The translations under genes were made by a program, and so were the position numbers. From a virus (Duplodnaviria; Caudoviricetes): a DNA stretch of 62,864 nt. The stretch lies in the IMG/VR virus record IMGVR_UViG_3300032327_001079, positions 1 through 62,864 of that record; one strand, written 5' to 3'. Under the pieces are notes generated by a model. That model was not told the origin of the DNA. It was given only the letters and a program-made list of their open reading frames with translations, and ran no database searches. Positions 46,673-57,091 of this stretch are shown piece by piece. Within the stretch, counting starts at the first letter, position 1. Each line of letters begins with the position of its first letter.

Positions 46673-47591
46673 CATTGAATTAAAGATTAAAAATCATCAA
46701 CTCCCTATAGTTCATCCTGTCTTTCAAAAAAGTGTTTCTTATTCTCAATACTCGATGTGGGCTAAATGCCCACATCAGTGGTATCTCACATACGTAGAAA
46801 AGAAACAACCATATCAAGCTAGCATTCATACTGTATTTGGAACAGCATTCCATGAAACACTACAATCATATATTACAACAATGTATGGAATAAGTGGAGC
46901 GGCAGCTGATAAAATGGATTTAGAAACACTATTTCAAGAGCGATTCAGAGAAGTGTATGCTAAAGAATATAAGGCAGCAGGTTCACATTTTACTACTGCT
47001 GATGAAATGGGTGAGTTTTTTGATGATGGAATAGCAATATTAAGATGGCTTAAAACAAGACGAAATAAGATATTTACCCTTCGTAAAATGAAGCTATTAG
47101 GTATAGAATTACCTTTAGTTTTATGTTTATCAACTAACTTATATTATAAGGCATTTATTGATTTTGCATTATATGATGAAGATTTAAATAAAGTTTACAT
47201 ATATGACATTAAAACATCGACACGTGGATGGAATGACAACGAAAAAAGAGACGATCAAAAAACTGCTCAAGTCTTATTATACAAAGAGTATTTCTCAAGA
47301 CAATATGGGTGGGACGTTGATCAAATCGAAGTCGAATTCTTCATCGTTAAGCGCAAAATCTATGAACAAGCTGAATACCCTATTCCCCGGCTTCAGTCCT
47401 TTAGACCCGCTAGCGGAAAAAACAAACGAAAACAAGCAATAGATAATTTTGAAGCCTTTACTAAGGATTGCTTTAGTAAAATTGGAGAACCACAAATAAA
47501 GTCTTACCTTAAAAATGTAGGTGAGAGTAGTTGCAAATGGTGTCCATATAAAGACAATCAAGAACTTTGCGACAAGATTATATCTTCCTAA
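46647..47591 (+). CDS. PD-(D/E)XK nuclease (RecB/Cas4-like exonuclease)
   Basis: SYSQ...CP, GTAFH, FID, IYDIKTS, Q..LY, CKWCPY...C; TTG start. Confidence 0.85.
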   Translation: MATKKKYSDIELKIKNHQLPIVHPVFQKSVSYSQYSMWAKCPHQWYLTYVEKKQPYQASIHTVFGTAFHETLQSYITTMYGISGAAADKMDLETLFQERFREVYAKEYKAAGSHFTTADEMGEFFDDGIAILRWLKTRRNKIFTLRKMKLLGIELPLVLCLSTNLYYKAFIDFALYDEDLNKVYIYDIKTSTRGWNDNEKRDDQKTAQVLLYKEYFSRQYGWDVDQIEVEFFIVKRKIYEQAEYPIPRLQSFRPASGKNKRKQAIDNFEAFTKDCFSKIGEPQIKSYLKNVGESSCKWCPYKDNQELCDKIISS

Positions 47592-47624
47592 TAATCGTAT
47601 ATATTTATATGCAAATATATTATT

Positions 47625-47819
47625 ATGGGAAACAAAATGCAATTAACAAGTGTAAAAGTTCCTGAAGATTTATTTGAGCAATTTAAAATTGCCTGTGTAA
47701 GATACAAATTCAGCGTACAAAAATTAACAGAACGCTCTATGTTCTTATACTTAACAAATGAAGACTTTAGAAAAACAATGCACAATCAATTAGACACAGA
47801 ATTTACTGGAAGTATTTAA
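47625..47819 (+). CDS. Ribbon-helix-helix-like small DNA-binding protein
   Basis: TSVKV strand followed by two helices; preceded by ATATTTAT (47601-47608). Confidence 0.55.
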   Translation: MGNKMQLTSVKVPEDLFEQFKIACVRYKFSVQKLTERSMFLYLTNEDFRKTMHNQLDTEFTGSI

Positions 47820-47829
47820 AAACAGTTTT

Positions 47830-49290
47830 ATGAAAGAAGGTTATATTCCTAAGGAACAACGTAAGAAAATCTTACTACTTTGCGATGACATTAGAATGAC
47901 AAGTGGTATTTCCACTATGGCAAGAGAAATCGTTATTGGTACTGCTCATCACTACAATTGGGTGAATGTAGGAGGGGCTATTAATCACCCGGATAAAGGC
48001 AAACGATTTGATTTAAGTGGAGACACAAATCAAAATGCTGGTATAAATGATTCTAATATTTTTCTTTATCCCATTGATGGATATGGTTCCCCAGAGTTAA
48101 TTCGTCAACTAATTCAATTAGAACAACCAGATGCTATTATGTTCTTTACAGATCCAAGATATTGGGTTTGGTTATTTCAAATGGAACATGAGATTAGAAA
48201 AACAATGCCTATGATTTATCTTAACATATGGGATGATTTGCCTTACCCAATGTATAATAAATCATTTTATGAATCATGTGATACATTATTTGCTATTAGT
48301 AAACAAACAGAAAACATTAACAGATGTGTTTTAGGAGCAGAAATATCAGATGAAAAAACTATTAAATATATTCCACACGGAATAAATGAAAATATTTTCT
48401 TCCCTATTGATTCATCTCATCCTGAATATCTTGCATTACAAGATTTTAAGAAACAAGTATATGGTAATAAAGAGTATGACTTTAATCTTCTATACAATGC
48501 AAGAAACATTCGCCGTAAATCAGTTCCTGATTTGATGTTAGCTTGGAAGATATTCGCCGATACACTATCTGAAGACAAAGCTAAAAAATGTGCTTTAACA
48601 CTTCATACTCAACCTATAGATGAGAATGGAACTGATCTATATGCCGTACAGCAGATGTTATTCGGTAACGATTCTAAATACAATATCATATATTCAAATA
48701 GCCGTTACCCAGCAAACGTAATGAATTTACTTTACAATTCAGCTGATGGTGTTGCTCTAGTTTCATCTAATGAAGGTTGGGGATTATCACTTACAGAAGG
48801 AATGATGTGTGGTAAACCAATTATAGCTACCGTAACAGGCGGAATGCAAGATCAAATGCGTTTTGAAGATGAAAATGGTGAATGGATTAAATTTACCCCT
48901 GAATTCGGTTCAAATCATAGGGGTAAATATAAAAAACATGGTAAGTGGGCTTATCCCGTATTCCCAAGTAATATTAGCTTAATTGGTTCTGTTCCTACAC
49001 CTTATATATTTGATGATAGAGCCGATCCACATGATATAGCTAATCAAATAGGAGTTATGTATGATGTAAAAGTAAATTTTCCTGAGATCTACCAGGAGGA
49101 ATGCAAAGCAGCTCGTGAGTGGGTAACATCAGACGAATCAATGCAATCAGCAAAAAATATGTGTAAGAATGTAATTGATGGTATTGATGAAACATTTGAT
49201 AAATGGGAACCAAGGTATGCTTTTGAATTAATTAAAGTAGAACCACTAGAACAACCAAAACATTTTGTAAAACAAGTTATAGCACAGTAA
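47830..49290 (+). CDS. Glycosyltransferase, GT-B fold (GT4-like)
   Basis: IPHG, RNIRRK, S.NEGWGLSLTEGM.CGKPII. Confidence 0.88.
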   Translation: MKEGYIPKEQRKKILLLCDDIRMTSGISTMAREIVIGTAHHYNWVNVGGAINHPDKGKRFDLSGDTNQNAGINDSNIFLYPIDGYGSPELIRQLIQLEQPDAIMFFTDPRYWVWLFQMEHEIRKTMPMIYLNIWDDLPYPMYNKSFYESCDTLFAISKQTENINRCVLGAEISDEKTIKYIPHGINENIFFPIDSSHPEYLALQDFKKQVYGNKEYDFNLLYNARNIRRKSVPDLMLAWKIFADTLSEDKAKKCALTLHTQPIDENGTDLYAVQQMLFGNDSKYNIIYSNSRYPANVMNLLYNSADGVALVSSNEGWGLSLTEGMMCGKPIIATVTGGMQDQMRFEDENGEWIKFTPEFGSNHRGKYKKHGKWAYPVFPSNISLIGSVPTPYIFDDRADPHDIANQIGVMYDVKVNFPEIYQEECKAAREWVTSDESMQSAKNMCKNVIDGIDETFDKWEPRYAFELIKVEPLEQPKHFVKQVIAQ

Positions 49291-49291
49291 T

Positions 49292-50578
49292 ATGAAACCA
49301 TTAATAGTTATAAGCTGCCCAATTGATACATTTTCTGGCTATGGAGCTAGATCAAGAGATATTGCCTTAGCAATTATCAAATCAGACAAATATGAAGTAA
49401 AAATATTACCACAACGCTGGGGGGCAACCCCATTTGGATTCCTTCAACAAGACAATCCAGACCATAAATTAATGCTTGATTGTATTTGGAGTCAACCTCA
49501 ACTTCCTAAACAACCTGACTGTTGGATTCAAATTACAGTACCCAATGAATTCCAGCCTATAGGTAAATTTAATATTGGGATGACAGCAGGTATTGAAACT
49601 ACAATATGTGCCCCTCAATGGATTGAAGGTATGAATAGAATGAATTTAAATTTAGTCTCTTCAGAACATGCTAAGAAGGTATTTGAAACTAGTGCTTTTG
49701 AAGAAAAAAATGAACAAGGACAAATACTTAGGTCTATTAAACTAGAAAAACCAGTAGAGGTATTGTTTGAAGGAGTAAATACAGACATCTATAAAAAATT
49801 AGAATCAACAAATACATTAAATGAATTAGATATTATTAAAGAAGATTTTAATTATCTATTTGTAGGACATTGGCTACAAGGAGAAATAGGACAAGATAGA
49901 AAAGATACAGGTATGTTAGTTAAAACATTCCTAGAAACATTTAAAAATAAAAAGCAACGTCCTGGTCTTATTCTTAAAACATCTGCTGGAAACTATTCTA
50001 TAATGGATAGAGACAATATGCTAGAAAAAATTAGGCAAATTGAATCATCTGTTGATGGTGATTTACCAAGTATCTATTTAATCCATGGTGAATTAAGTGA
50101 TGATGAAGTAAATGAATTATATAATCATCCTAAAGTAAAAGCACACATATCATTTACTAAAGGGGAAGGATATGGCAGACCATTACTTGAAGCTACCCTA
50201 TCTCAAAAACCAGTAATAGCAAGTAACTATAGTGGTCATTTAGATTTTCTTGATCCTGAAATGTCGATTTTACTACCGGGAGAAATAACTCAAATACATC
50301 CGTCAGCAGCAGTACAAGATATGTTAATTCCTGAAAGTAGTTGGTTTACTATTAATTATGATAAGGCATCTGAAACTCTTGAAGATGTTTATAAAAATTA
50401 TAAGAAATATGGTGATGGAGCAAAGAGACAAGCGTATCGTTCACGTACTGAATTTAGTTTAGAGAAAATGTCTGAAAGATTAGTTAATATATTAGAAGAA
50501 AAAATACCTAAACAGGTTCAACTTAAATTACCTCAATTGAAAAAAATTGAATTACCTAAACTTAAAAAAGTAGACTAA
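49292..50578 (+). CDS. Glycosyltransferase, GT-B fold (GT4-like)
   Basis: SGYG, RK, TKGEGYGRPLLEA...KPVIA. Confidence 0.88.
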   Translation: MKPLIVISCPIDTFSGYGARSRDIALAIIKSDKYEVKILPQRWGATPFGFLQQDNPDHKLMLDCIWSQPQLPKQPDCWIQITVPNEFQPIGKFNIGMTAGIETTICAPQWIEGMNRMNLNLVSSEHAKKVFETSAFEEKNEQGQILRSIKLEKPVEVLFEGVNTDIYKKLESTNTLNELDIIKEDFNYLFVGHWLQGEIGQDRKDTGMLVKTFLETFKNKKQRPGLILKTSAGNYSIMDRDNMLEKIRQIESSVDGDLPSIYLIHGELSDDEVNELYNHPKVKAHISFTKGEGYGRPLLEATLSQKPVIASNYSGHLDFLDPEMSILLPGEITQIHPSAAVQDMLIPESSWFTINYDKASETLEDVYKNYKKYGDGAKRQAYRSRTEFSLEKMSERLVNILEEKIPKQVQLKLPQLKKIELPKLKKVD

Positions 50579-50973
50579 TGCAAGAATCATTTACAGTATG
50601 TCCTCGATGTGAAGGAAATGCATGTCACGAGATATCAAATGATAAACTTACTGTTTGGAGTTGTTTTGGATGTGGCTTCACATCCAATTCAACTTTAATA
50701 GAAGATAAATTAGAAGAAGTTGAGTCTGTAATTCCTCAACTATATAAAGATCTTCGATTTAAAGACGATAAAGGTTATTACTGGTATCCTAATAGCGTAA
50801 TGCTAGAAGATAAATCATTAGTATTTGCTGACGGTAAGACATCAAAAGAATGGAAGTGGGCCGGTGTGTTATCTAAAGATAGTAAAGCAGATATGACAAC
50901 GGTAAAATATTTTGAAGAAAAAGAATTTATGGAAGCTCTTGACTATATAGGCTTCTTTGAAAAACAAAAATAA
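50578..50973 (+). CDS. Zinc-ribbon hypothetical protein
   Basis: CPRC...C...CFGCG. Confidence 0.65.
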   Translation: MQESFTVCPRCEGNACHEISNDKLTVWSCFGCGFTSNSTLIEDKLEEVESVIPQLYKDLRFKDDKGYYWYPNSVMLEDKSLVFADGKTSKEWKWAGVLSKDSKADMTTVKYFEEKEFMEALDYIGFFEKQK

Positions 50974-50977
50974 TATT

Positions 50978-51592
50978 ATGCCTTCAATTAGTTATGCAAT
51001 TACAGCATGTAATGAACATGCTGAGTTAGAACGTTTATTAGACCATTTAGAAGACTGGATTAGAGAAGAAGATGAAGTAGTAATTCAATTAGATATTACT
51101 GCTACTGAAGAAGTAAAAGCATTATGTTTTGATTATATGCGTAGTAATTGGAATGTTATTGAGTTTGGACTAAATAAAGACTTCGCATCCTTTAAAAATA
51201 ATCTAAAAAACCACTGTACTAAAGACTATATATTTCAAATAGATGCAGATGAGAATCTTTCTCAAGATTTAATACTTAATCTCCCTGAAATATTAGAACT
51301 TAATCCTGAAATTGAATTATTTGCTGTTCCTAGAATTAATATAGTAGAAGGATTAACTCAAGAACATATTCAAAAATGGGGATGGAGTGTTAATAAAAAT
51401 GGATGGGTTAACTATCCCGATTATCAAACACGTATATTTAAAAATATACCTGAAATAAAATGGATAAATAAAGTTCATGAGCGTTTAGTTGGAGCTAAAA
51501 TAATAGTTTCATTACCTGAAGGATATGATTTAATTCATTCTAAGACAATAGAAAGACAAGAAAAACAAAACGAATATTATAATACATTATGA
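50978..51592 (+). CDS. Glycosyltransferase family 2
   Basis: ISYAITACNE, DFA.FKN, IDADE, PD.Q.RI, VHE; start moved from 50957 to ATG 50978. Confidence 0.85.
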   Translation: MPSISYAITACNEHAELERLLDHLEDWIREEDEVVIQLDITATEEVKALCFDYMRSNWNVIEFGLNKDFASFKNNLKNHCTKDYIFQIDADENLSQDLILNLPEILELNPEIELFAVPRINIVEGLTQEHIQKWGWSVNKNGWVNYPDYQTRIFKNIPEIKWINKVHERLVGAKIIVSLPEGYDLIHSKTIERQEKQNEYYNTL

Positions 51593-52401
51593 AAATAAAA
51601 GTAAATCATTTTGATTTAGAAGTATTCAAAAAAAAATTATCTCATCTTAAAGATATAAATTTTTCCCTGTTTATAGATGCCACTCCAGAAACACAAAATG
51701 AACTATCCGAAGTTAATATATTAGTACTTCAAGAACCAAATGAATATTTCGGATTACATGACTGGGCTATCCATAACAAACATTTATTTTCAATTATATT
51801 AACATGGGATGATAAAGTAATTAATAACTGTGATAATGCTATCTTTTTACCTTTTGGGCATACTTGGTTTAAACCTGATCAATATCAAAGACACCACGAT
51901 AAAAAATTTCAAATTTCTCATTTAAGAGGTAATTTATTAAAAACATATGGTCAATCTTTAAGACATGAATTATTAGATAGAAAAAATGAAATTACAATAC
52001 CTACTAACTTTTATGATATTTTTGGAGATAGACATAATATTGAAGATGCTAGAATAGGTAAAGAAACTGTATTTAGTAATTCAATGTTTGGTGTAGCTAT
52101 AGAAAATACATCTCATAATGGTTATTTTACTGAAAAAATATTGGATTGTCTCCTATTAAAAACAATCCCAGTTTATTGGGGTTGTTCTTCAATAACAAAT
52201 TTCTTTAGGCAAGATGGTATTATTACATTTAATAATATTGATGATTTAATTGTTAAAGTTAATAAATTAGATGAATCCTATTACAATGAACGTAAAGATA
52301 TTATAGAGGAAAATTATAATTTAGCTCTACAATTTGTTGATTATGAGCAAAATATTGTTAATACTATAACAGAAATATTCAAACTAAATAATATAATTTA
52401 A
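51589..52401 (+). CDS. GT10 (fucosyltransferase)-like glycosyltransferase
   Basis: F.VAIEN...GYFTEKI.DC....TIPVYWG. Confidence 0.75.
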   Translation: MKIKVNHFDLEVFKKKLSHLKDINFSLFIDATPETQNELSEVNILVLQEPNEYFGLHDWAIHNKHLFSIILTWDDKVINNCDNAIFLPFGHTWFKPDQYQRHHDKKFQISHLRGNLLKTYGQSLRHELLDRKNEITIPTNFYDIFGDRHNIEDARIGKETVFSNSMFGVAIENTSHNGYFTEKILDCLLLKTIPVYWGCSSITNFFRQDGIITFNNIDDLIVKVNKLDESYYNERKDIIEENYNLALQFVDYEQNIVNTITEIFKLNNII

Positions 52402-53714
52402 TGCAAGAAATACTTAAACTAATAGATGAATACATCCAGAAAAAACATTCTGAAAAAACATGGACAGCAGGTAAAGACTGGGTTCAATATGCAGGTCCAT
52501 ACTTTGATTCACAGGAGTATGTTGCTGCTGTTAGATCACTATTAGGTGAATGGCTAGTGTTAGGTGCTGATGCAATTAAATTTGAATCTAAGTTCCCTAA
52601 GTTATTCGGTAAAGAATATGGCTTATTAACCAATAGTGGATCAAGTGCTAATCTATTAATGATGGCTGCTATGACCTCTAAACGCGGTTATAATCTGCCT
52701 AAAGGAACAAAAGTAATTACTCCAATAGCTGGTTTTCCAACTACTGTAGCCCCAATTATCCAATTAGGATTCACCCCTATATTCATTGATATCGAGCTTG
52801 AAACATTAAACCTTAATCTAGATCAGGTTGAACAAGTATGTATTGATAATCCGGATGTTAAAATTATTACATTTGCTCACGTATTAGGTAATCCACCTAA
52901 CATGAATCGTCTAATGGAAATAGTTAAAAAATATAAACTAATACTGTTAGAAGACTGCTGCGATGCTTTAGGTTCTACATTTGAAGGTAAACCATTAGGA
53001 TCATTTGGTGAAATGGCTAGTTGCTCATTCTACCCAGCACACCACATGACAATGGGTGAAGGTGGATTCGTAGCAATGAATAATCAAAATACAGAACGTA
53101 TTGTTCGTAGTTTTAGAGAGTGGGGTAGGGGATGTTATTGTGTTGGTAAACAAAATCTATTAGAGAATGGAGCATGTAAGTGTCGTTTTAATAATTGGTT
53201 ACCATCACTTCCAAATGAAATATTTGATCACAAATATGTTTATGAGGAAATAGGATATAACGTTAAACCAATCGAACTACAAGCATCAATTGGTTTAGTT
53301 CAAATGGAAAAATTAAAGGAAATAGGAATTAAACGCAAAGAAAATTATAAAAATTTATTTGCTGCATTTAGTAAATACAAACAATATTTCCACTTACATG
53401 AAGCACAACCTGGAGCGGATGTTGATTGGTTTGCCTTTCCAATAACAGTTAAAGATGGAACCTCATTCAAACGTTCTGATATATGCCAGTTCTTAGAAGT
53501 ACATAAAATACAAACACGCCCCTACTTTGCAGGTAATATTATGCTACAACCAGCATATACTCATTTAATGGATCCTAAAGAAGTGATTGAAAAATATCCT
53601 GTAGCTAGAAAAGTTACAACAGACACATTTTTCTTAGGTACATCACCTGTAATTAATAAGGAAAAAACAGATTATATAGAAACAATTTTAGATAAGTTTA
53701 TATCTACTCTATAA
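52401..53714 (+). CDS. rfbH: NDP-4-keto-6-deoxyhexose 3-dehydrase (DdhC/RfbH, E1; DegT family)
   Basis: NSGSSANL, EDCCDALG, SFYPAHHMTMGEGG (His in place of the PLP Lys), WGR.CYC...C Fe-S loop, DHKY...IGYN. Confidence 0.88.
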   Translation: MQEILKLIDEYIQKKHSEKTWTAGKDWVQYAGPYFDSQEYVAAVRSLLGEWLVLGADAIKFESKFPKLFGKEYGLLTNSGSSANLLMMAAMTSKRGYNLPKGTKVITPIAGFPTTVAPIIQLGFTPIFIDIELETLNLNLDQVEQVCIDNPDVKIITFAHVLGNPPNMNRLMEIVKKYKLILLEDCCDALGSTFEGKPLGSFGEMASCSFYPAHHMTMGEGGFVAMNNQNTERIVRSFREWGRGCYCVGKQNLLENGACKCRFNNWLPSLPNEIFDHKYVYEEIGYNVKPIELQASIGLVQMEKLKEIGIKRKENYKNLFAAFSKYKQYFHLHEAQPGADVDWFAFPITVKDGTSFKRSDICQFLEVHKIQTRPYFAGNIMLQPAYTHLMDPKEVIEKYPVARKVTTDTFFLGTSPVINKEKTDYIETILDKFISTL

Positions 53715-54547
53715 TGAAACCATTTGTAATATACACTTATGATTATAGCCCGGGGGTAGGTGGTATTAAAGTAATGCACAAATTATGTGACATGCTTAAT
53801 AAAAATAAGTTTGAGGCTTATTTAATGCCAATCCATATTAGAGATGATTTCTATACTTGTGCAGACTATAATACTCCTCTAATTACTCAGGAAGTATATA
53901 ATAATATAGAAAATGCTATTGTTATTTATCCTGAAGGTATTCATAATAATCCATTAGGTTCCAAAAACGTAGTTAGATGGATATTAGGTCCTTCTCATCA
54001 ACATGATGCTGAAACATACTCTAAAGAGGATTTAATATATTGGTATATGGATTATTATTATACTGATTATTTAGGTCAAAAGGAAAATATACTTCATATT
54101 CCTGAATTTCATAGTGATATATTCAAAGATATGAATTATAACAGAATAGGTAGTTGTTATACTATTAGAAAAGCTAACCCAACAACATTAATTCATCCCT
54201 CTGATTCTATATTTATATCTTTTGAAGCAGCAGGTAATTTAACAAGATTAGCCGAATTATTTAACAAAACTAAAAAATTCTATTGTTATGATACTTATAC
54301 TTTCCTATCAGTTCAAGCGGCAATGTGTGGTTGTATTAGTATAGTAGTACCTGATCCTAATGTAACTAAAGAACAATGGTTAGTTGGGTCACGATTAAGT
54401 AAGTATGGAATGGCATATGGGGAAGAAGATATTCCTAGAGCATTAGAAACATTACCTTTATTGTTTGAGGAAATAAACAAAATGAATTTGGAGATGGACG
54501 AACAGGTTATTAAATTTATAGAACACTGTCAAAATTATTTTAAATGA
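53714..54547 (+). CDS. WavQ-like / putative glycosyltransferase
   Basis: GGIKVMHKLC, IYPE...NPL...VVRW.L, YDTYTFLS..AAMCGC. Confidence 0.6.
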   Translation: MKPFVIYTYDYSPGVGGIKVMHKLCDMLNKNKFEAYLMPIHIRDDFYTCADYNTPLITQEVYNNIENAIVIYPEGIHNNPLGSKNVVRWILGPSHQHDAETYSKEDLIYWYMDYYYTDYLGQKENILHIPEFHSDIFKDMNYNRIGSCYTIRKANPTTLIHPSDSIFISFEAAGNLTRLAELFNKTKKFYCYDTYTFLSVQAAMCGCISIVVPDPNVTKEQWLVGSRLSKYGMAYGEEDIPRALETLPLLFEEINKMNLEMDEQVIKFIEHCQNYFK

Positions 54548-55491
54548 AAGTAGTATATATAACAGGATGTTTAGGATTTATAGGATCTTACATCACTAGA
54601 GAATGTCTTAAAAAAGGATGGTATGTTAAAGGTATAGATAAAATGACATACGCTGCTAATGAGGAATTATTATGGGAGTTTAATGATTATGAAAATTTCT
54701 CATTTGTTAATTCTGATATTAACGATTTGAAATTCTTATATGAATGTGACTATATTATCAATACAGCTGCCGAAACACACGTTGGTAATTCAATAGCTAA
54801 CAGTGATGAATTTATTCATTCTAATATTAATGGTGTTCACCATTTATTAGAATTAATTAAAAATTATAGACAAGAAACCTCTAAAACACCAATACTACTA
54901 CATTTTAGCACGGATGAAGTGTATGGTGATATAGATAAAGGCACCCATACAGAAACAGATCTACTTAAACCATCAAACCCATACTCAGCAACTAAAGCAG
55001 CAGCTGATATGCTAGTTTTAGCTTGGGGTAGAACTTATAATTTACCTTATATTATAGTTAGACCAACTAACAATTATGGTATGGGACAATATGTTGAAAA
55101 ATTAATTCCTAAAACTTGTAAATATCTAATGTTAGGGAGAAAAATACCACTTCATAATAATGGTACTCCAATTCGCAATTGGCTACATGCTCAAGATACA
55201 GCTAATGCTGTTGTTAAGATTATTGAAACAGGAGTGCAAAATGAAATATATAATATAGCAGGTGGATTTGAGCAAAGTAATTATATTACCGTTAAGAAGG
55301 TAATTGAAGGATATAATGGTAATGATGATATAGAAGCATATCTTGATTTATCTTATTCTAGAATAGGACAAGATGTTCGATATGCTTTAGATGATTCTAA
55401 ATTAAGAGCACTAGGATGGGAACCTAAAAAAGTATTTGATAATGAATTAAAAAATATAGTACAATATTATAAAAATAAATTTATATGGTAA
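54544..55491 (+). CDS. rmlB: NDP-glucose 4,6-dehydratase (RmlB/RfbB-like)
   Basis: TGCLGFIG, DK.TYA, AAETHV, STDEVYG, PYSATK, NNYG..Q..EKLIP. Confidence 0.88.
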   Translation: MKVVYITGCLGFIGSYITRECLKKGWYVKGIDKMTYAANEELLWEFNDYENFSFVNSDINDLKFLYECDYIINTAAETHVGNSIANSDEFIHSNINGVHHLLELIKNYRQETSKTPILLHFSTDEVYGDIDKGTHTETDLLKPSNPYSATKAAADMLVLAWGRTYNLPYIIVRPTNNYGMGQYVEKLIPKTCKYLMLGRKIPLHNNGTPIRNWLHAQDTANAVVKIIETGVQNEIYNIAGGFEQSNYITVKKVIEGYNGNDDIEAYLDLSYSRIGQDVRYALDDSKLRALGWEPKKVFDNELKNIVQYYKNKFIW

Positions 55492-56042
55492 AAAAAGCAC
55501 TTATTATTACTTGGGAAAAATTTCAAGATCATGAATTAATTTATCCCTATTATAGTCTAAAAGAAAATGGCTATGAAGTAACATTGATGGCCAATCGAGT
55601 AGGCAAAATTTGGGGATCATTAGGTACTCATATGCCTTGTGATGTTGAAACTTCTATATTTGAAGATGAAATAATAAGACAACAATATCTAAAAGAATAT
55701 GAAATCCTATTAATACCCGGTGGAGTTAAAGCACTTGAAAAAGTAAGACAAGAACAGGGTGTACTTAAGTTTATTCAGGAATGGAATACATCTAATAAAA
55801 CAATATTCTCAGTCTGTAATGGAGCCCAACTACTAATTTCAGCTAAAATATTACAAGGTAGAACTATATCTGGTTATTACTCAATTAATACTGATATTGA
55901 AAATGCAGGAGCTATTTATAATAGAGGTCCAGTAGTAGTAGATAGTAATATTATTTCTTGTCCTCACTATGATTTTATGGCTGAATGGATGAGAACAGCA
56001 TTCCAAGTACATAACGAAAGAATAAAAAATGTCCAATCATAA
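55485..56042 (+). CDS. DJ-1/PfpI family protein
   Basis: FQD.E, IPGG, nucleophile elbow SVCNG, AGA...VVVD.NIIS. Confidence 0.85.
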   Translation: MVKKALIITWEKFQDHELIYPYYSLKENGYEVTLMANRVGKIWGSLGTHMPCDVETSIFEDEIIRQQYLKEYEILLIPGGVKALEKVRQEQGVLKFIQEWNTSNKTIFSVCNGAQLLISAKILQGRTISGYYSINTDIENAGAIYNRGPVVVDSNIISCPHYDFMAEWMRTAFQVHNERIKNVQS

Positions 56043-56712
56043 TATTAATATTGTTAAAAAACCTTGGGGATACGAATACCTAGCCTATGAAAACGAAAAT
56101 GTAGGCTTGTGGTTTCTCTACATAGCTCCTGATCAAAGTACCTCAATGCACTGTCATCCTAAGAAAACAACAGGATTAGTGCTATTAGATGGTGAAGCTG
56201 AAATATCATTTTTAGCTGATAAACGTCAATTAAAATCATTAGATAAAGTAATGATTAGAAGAGGTTTATTTCATTCTACAAAAGCAGCATCTGATAAAGG
56301 GGCATTTATATTTGAAATCGAAACACCAGTAGATAAACAAGATTTAGTTAGGTTAAACGATCAATATGGACGTGCTTCTAAACCATATGAGGATGATACA
56401 TTTGAGGAAGCTAAAACTAATGACTGTTTATGGATACAAGAACCAGAATTAGGTAAATGTATAATATATTCATTTGCTGACTGTGTTTTAAAAATTGAAA
56501 CAATAGATGATATTAAAATAATCAACAATAAAGAAGATAATGATTTAATTATATTTCTTAAAGGTGGAATGGTACGTAATATAGATGGTATATCTCATTG
56601 TGTTACTATTCCTGGTGATGTTGGATTTGCTAATATTATTAAGCAAGTATCAAAACAATTAGATGGAGTAATTCCTGGAACAATCATAATGACAATTATT
56701 AAAAATGGCTAA
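56029..56712 (+). CDS. Cupin protein (mannose-6-phosphate isomerase type II-like)
   Basis: KPWGYE, SMHCH..K, H, EIETP...DLVRL.D.YGR. Confidence 0.75.
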   Translation: MSNHNINIVKKPWGYEYLAYENENVGLWFLYIAPDQSTSMHCHPKKTTGLVLLDGEAEISFLADKRQLKSLDKVMIRRGLFHSTKAASDKGAFIFEIETPVDKQDLVRLNDQYGRASKPYEDDTFEEAKTNDCLWIQEPELGKCIIYSFADCVLKIETIDDIKIINNKEDNDLIIFLKGGMVRNIDGISHCVTIPGDVGFANIIKQVSKQLDGVIPGTIIMTIIKNG

Positions 56713-57091
56713 TTTTTACCCTCCTGGATATGAAGAACAATTAACTGTAATTGCTGTCGATTTTGACGGTGTATTACATAATGCTGATAAAGGTTGGGGT
56801 GATGGTACCTGTTATGGAGACCCCTTACCTGGATCTATAAATGCTATTAAGGAATTGTCTAAAAAATATAAAATTGTTATCTTTACAGCTAAAGCAAAAC
56901 CAGATCGTCCATTAGTAAATGGTAAAACAGGAACAGAATTAGTACAAGAGTGGTTTAAAAGGTATAATATTTTAGAGTACATTGATAGTATTACAAGTGA
57001 GAAACCAAGAGCAGAATTATACATTGATGATAATGGATATCGCTTTGAAAATTGGAACGATACATTAAACTTTATAGAAAAACTACTATGA
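56705..57091 (+). CDS. HAD-superfamily phosphatase
   Basis: VDFDGV, FTAK, KP.A..YIDD. Confidence 0.8.
   Translation: MANFYPPGYEEQLTVIAVDFDGVLHNADKGWGDGTCYGDPLPGSINAIKELSKKYKIVIFTAKAKPDRPLVNGKTGTELVQEWFKRYNILEYIDSITSEKPRAELYIDDNGYRFENWNDTLNFIEKLL

Noticed and set aside
46647-47591. Cas4 as evidence of a CRISPR system
   Set aside because: No repeat-spacer array or other cas genes seen; stand-alone PD-(D/E)XK nucleases are common in phages
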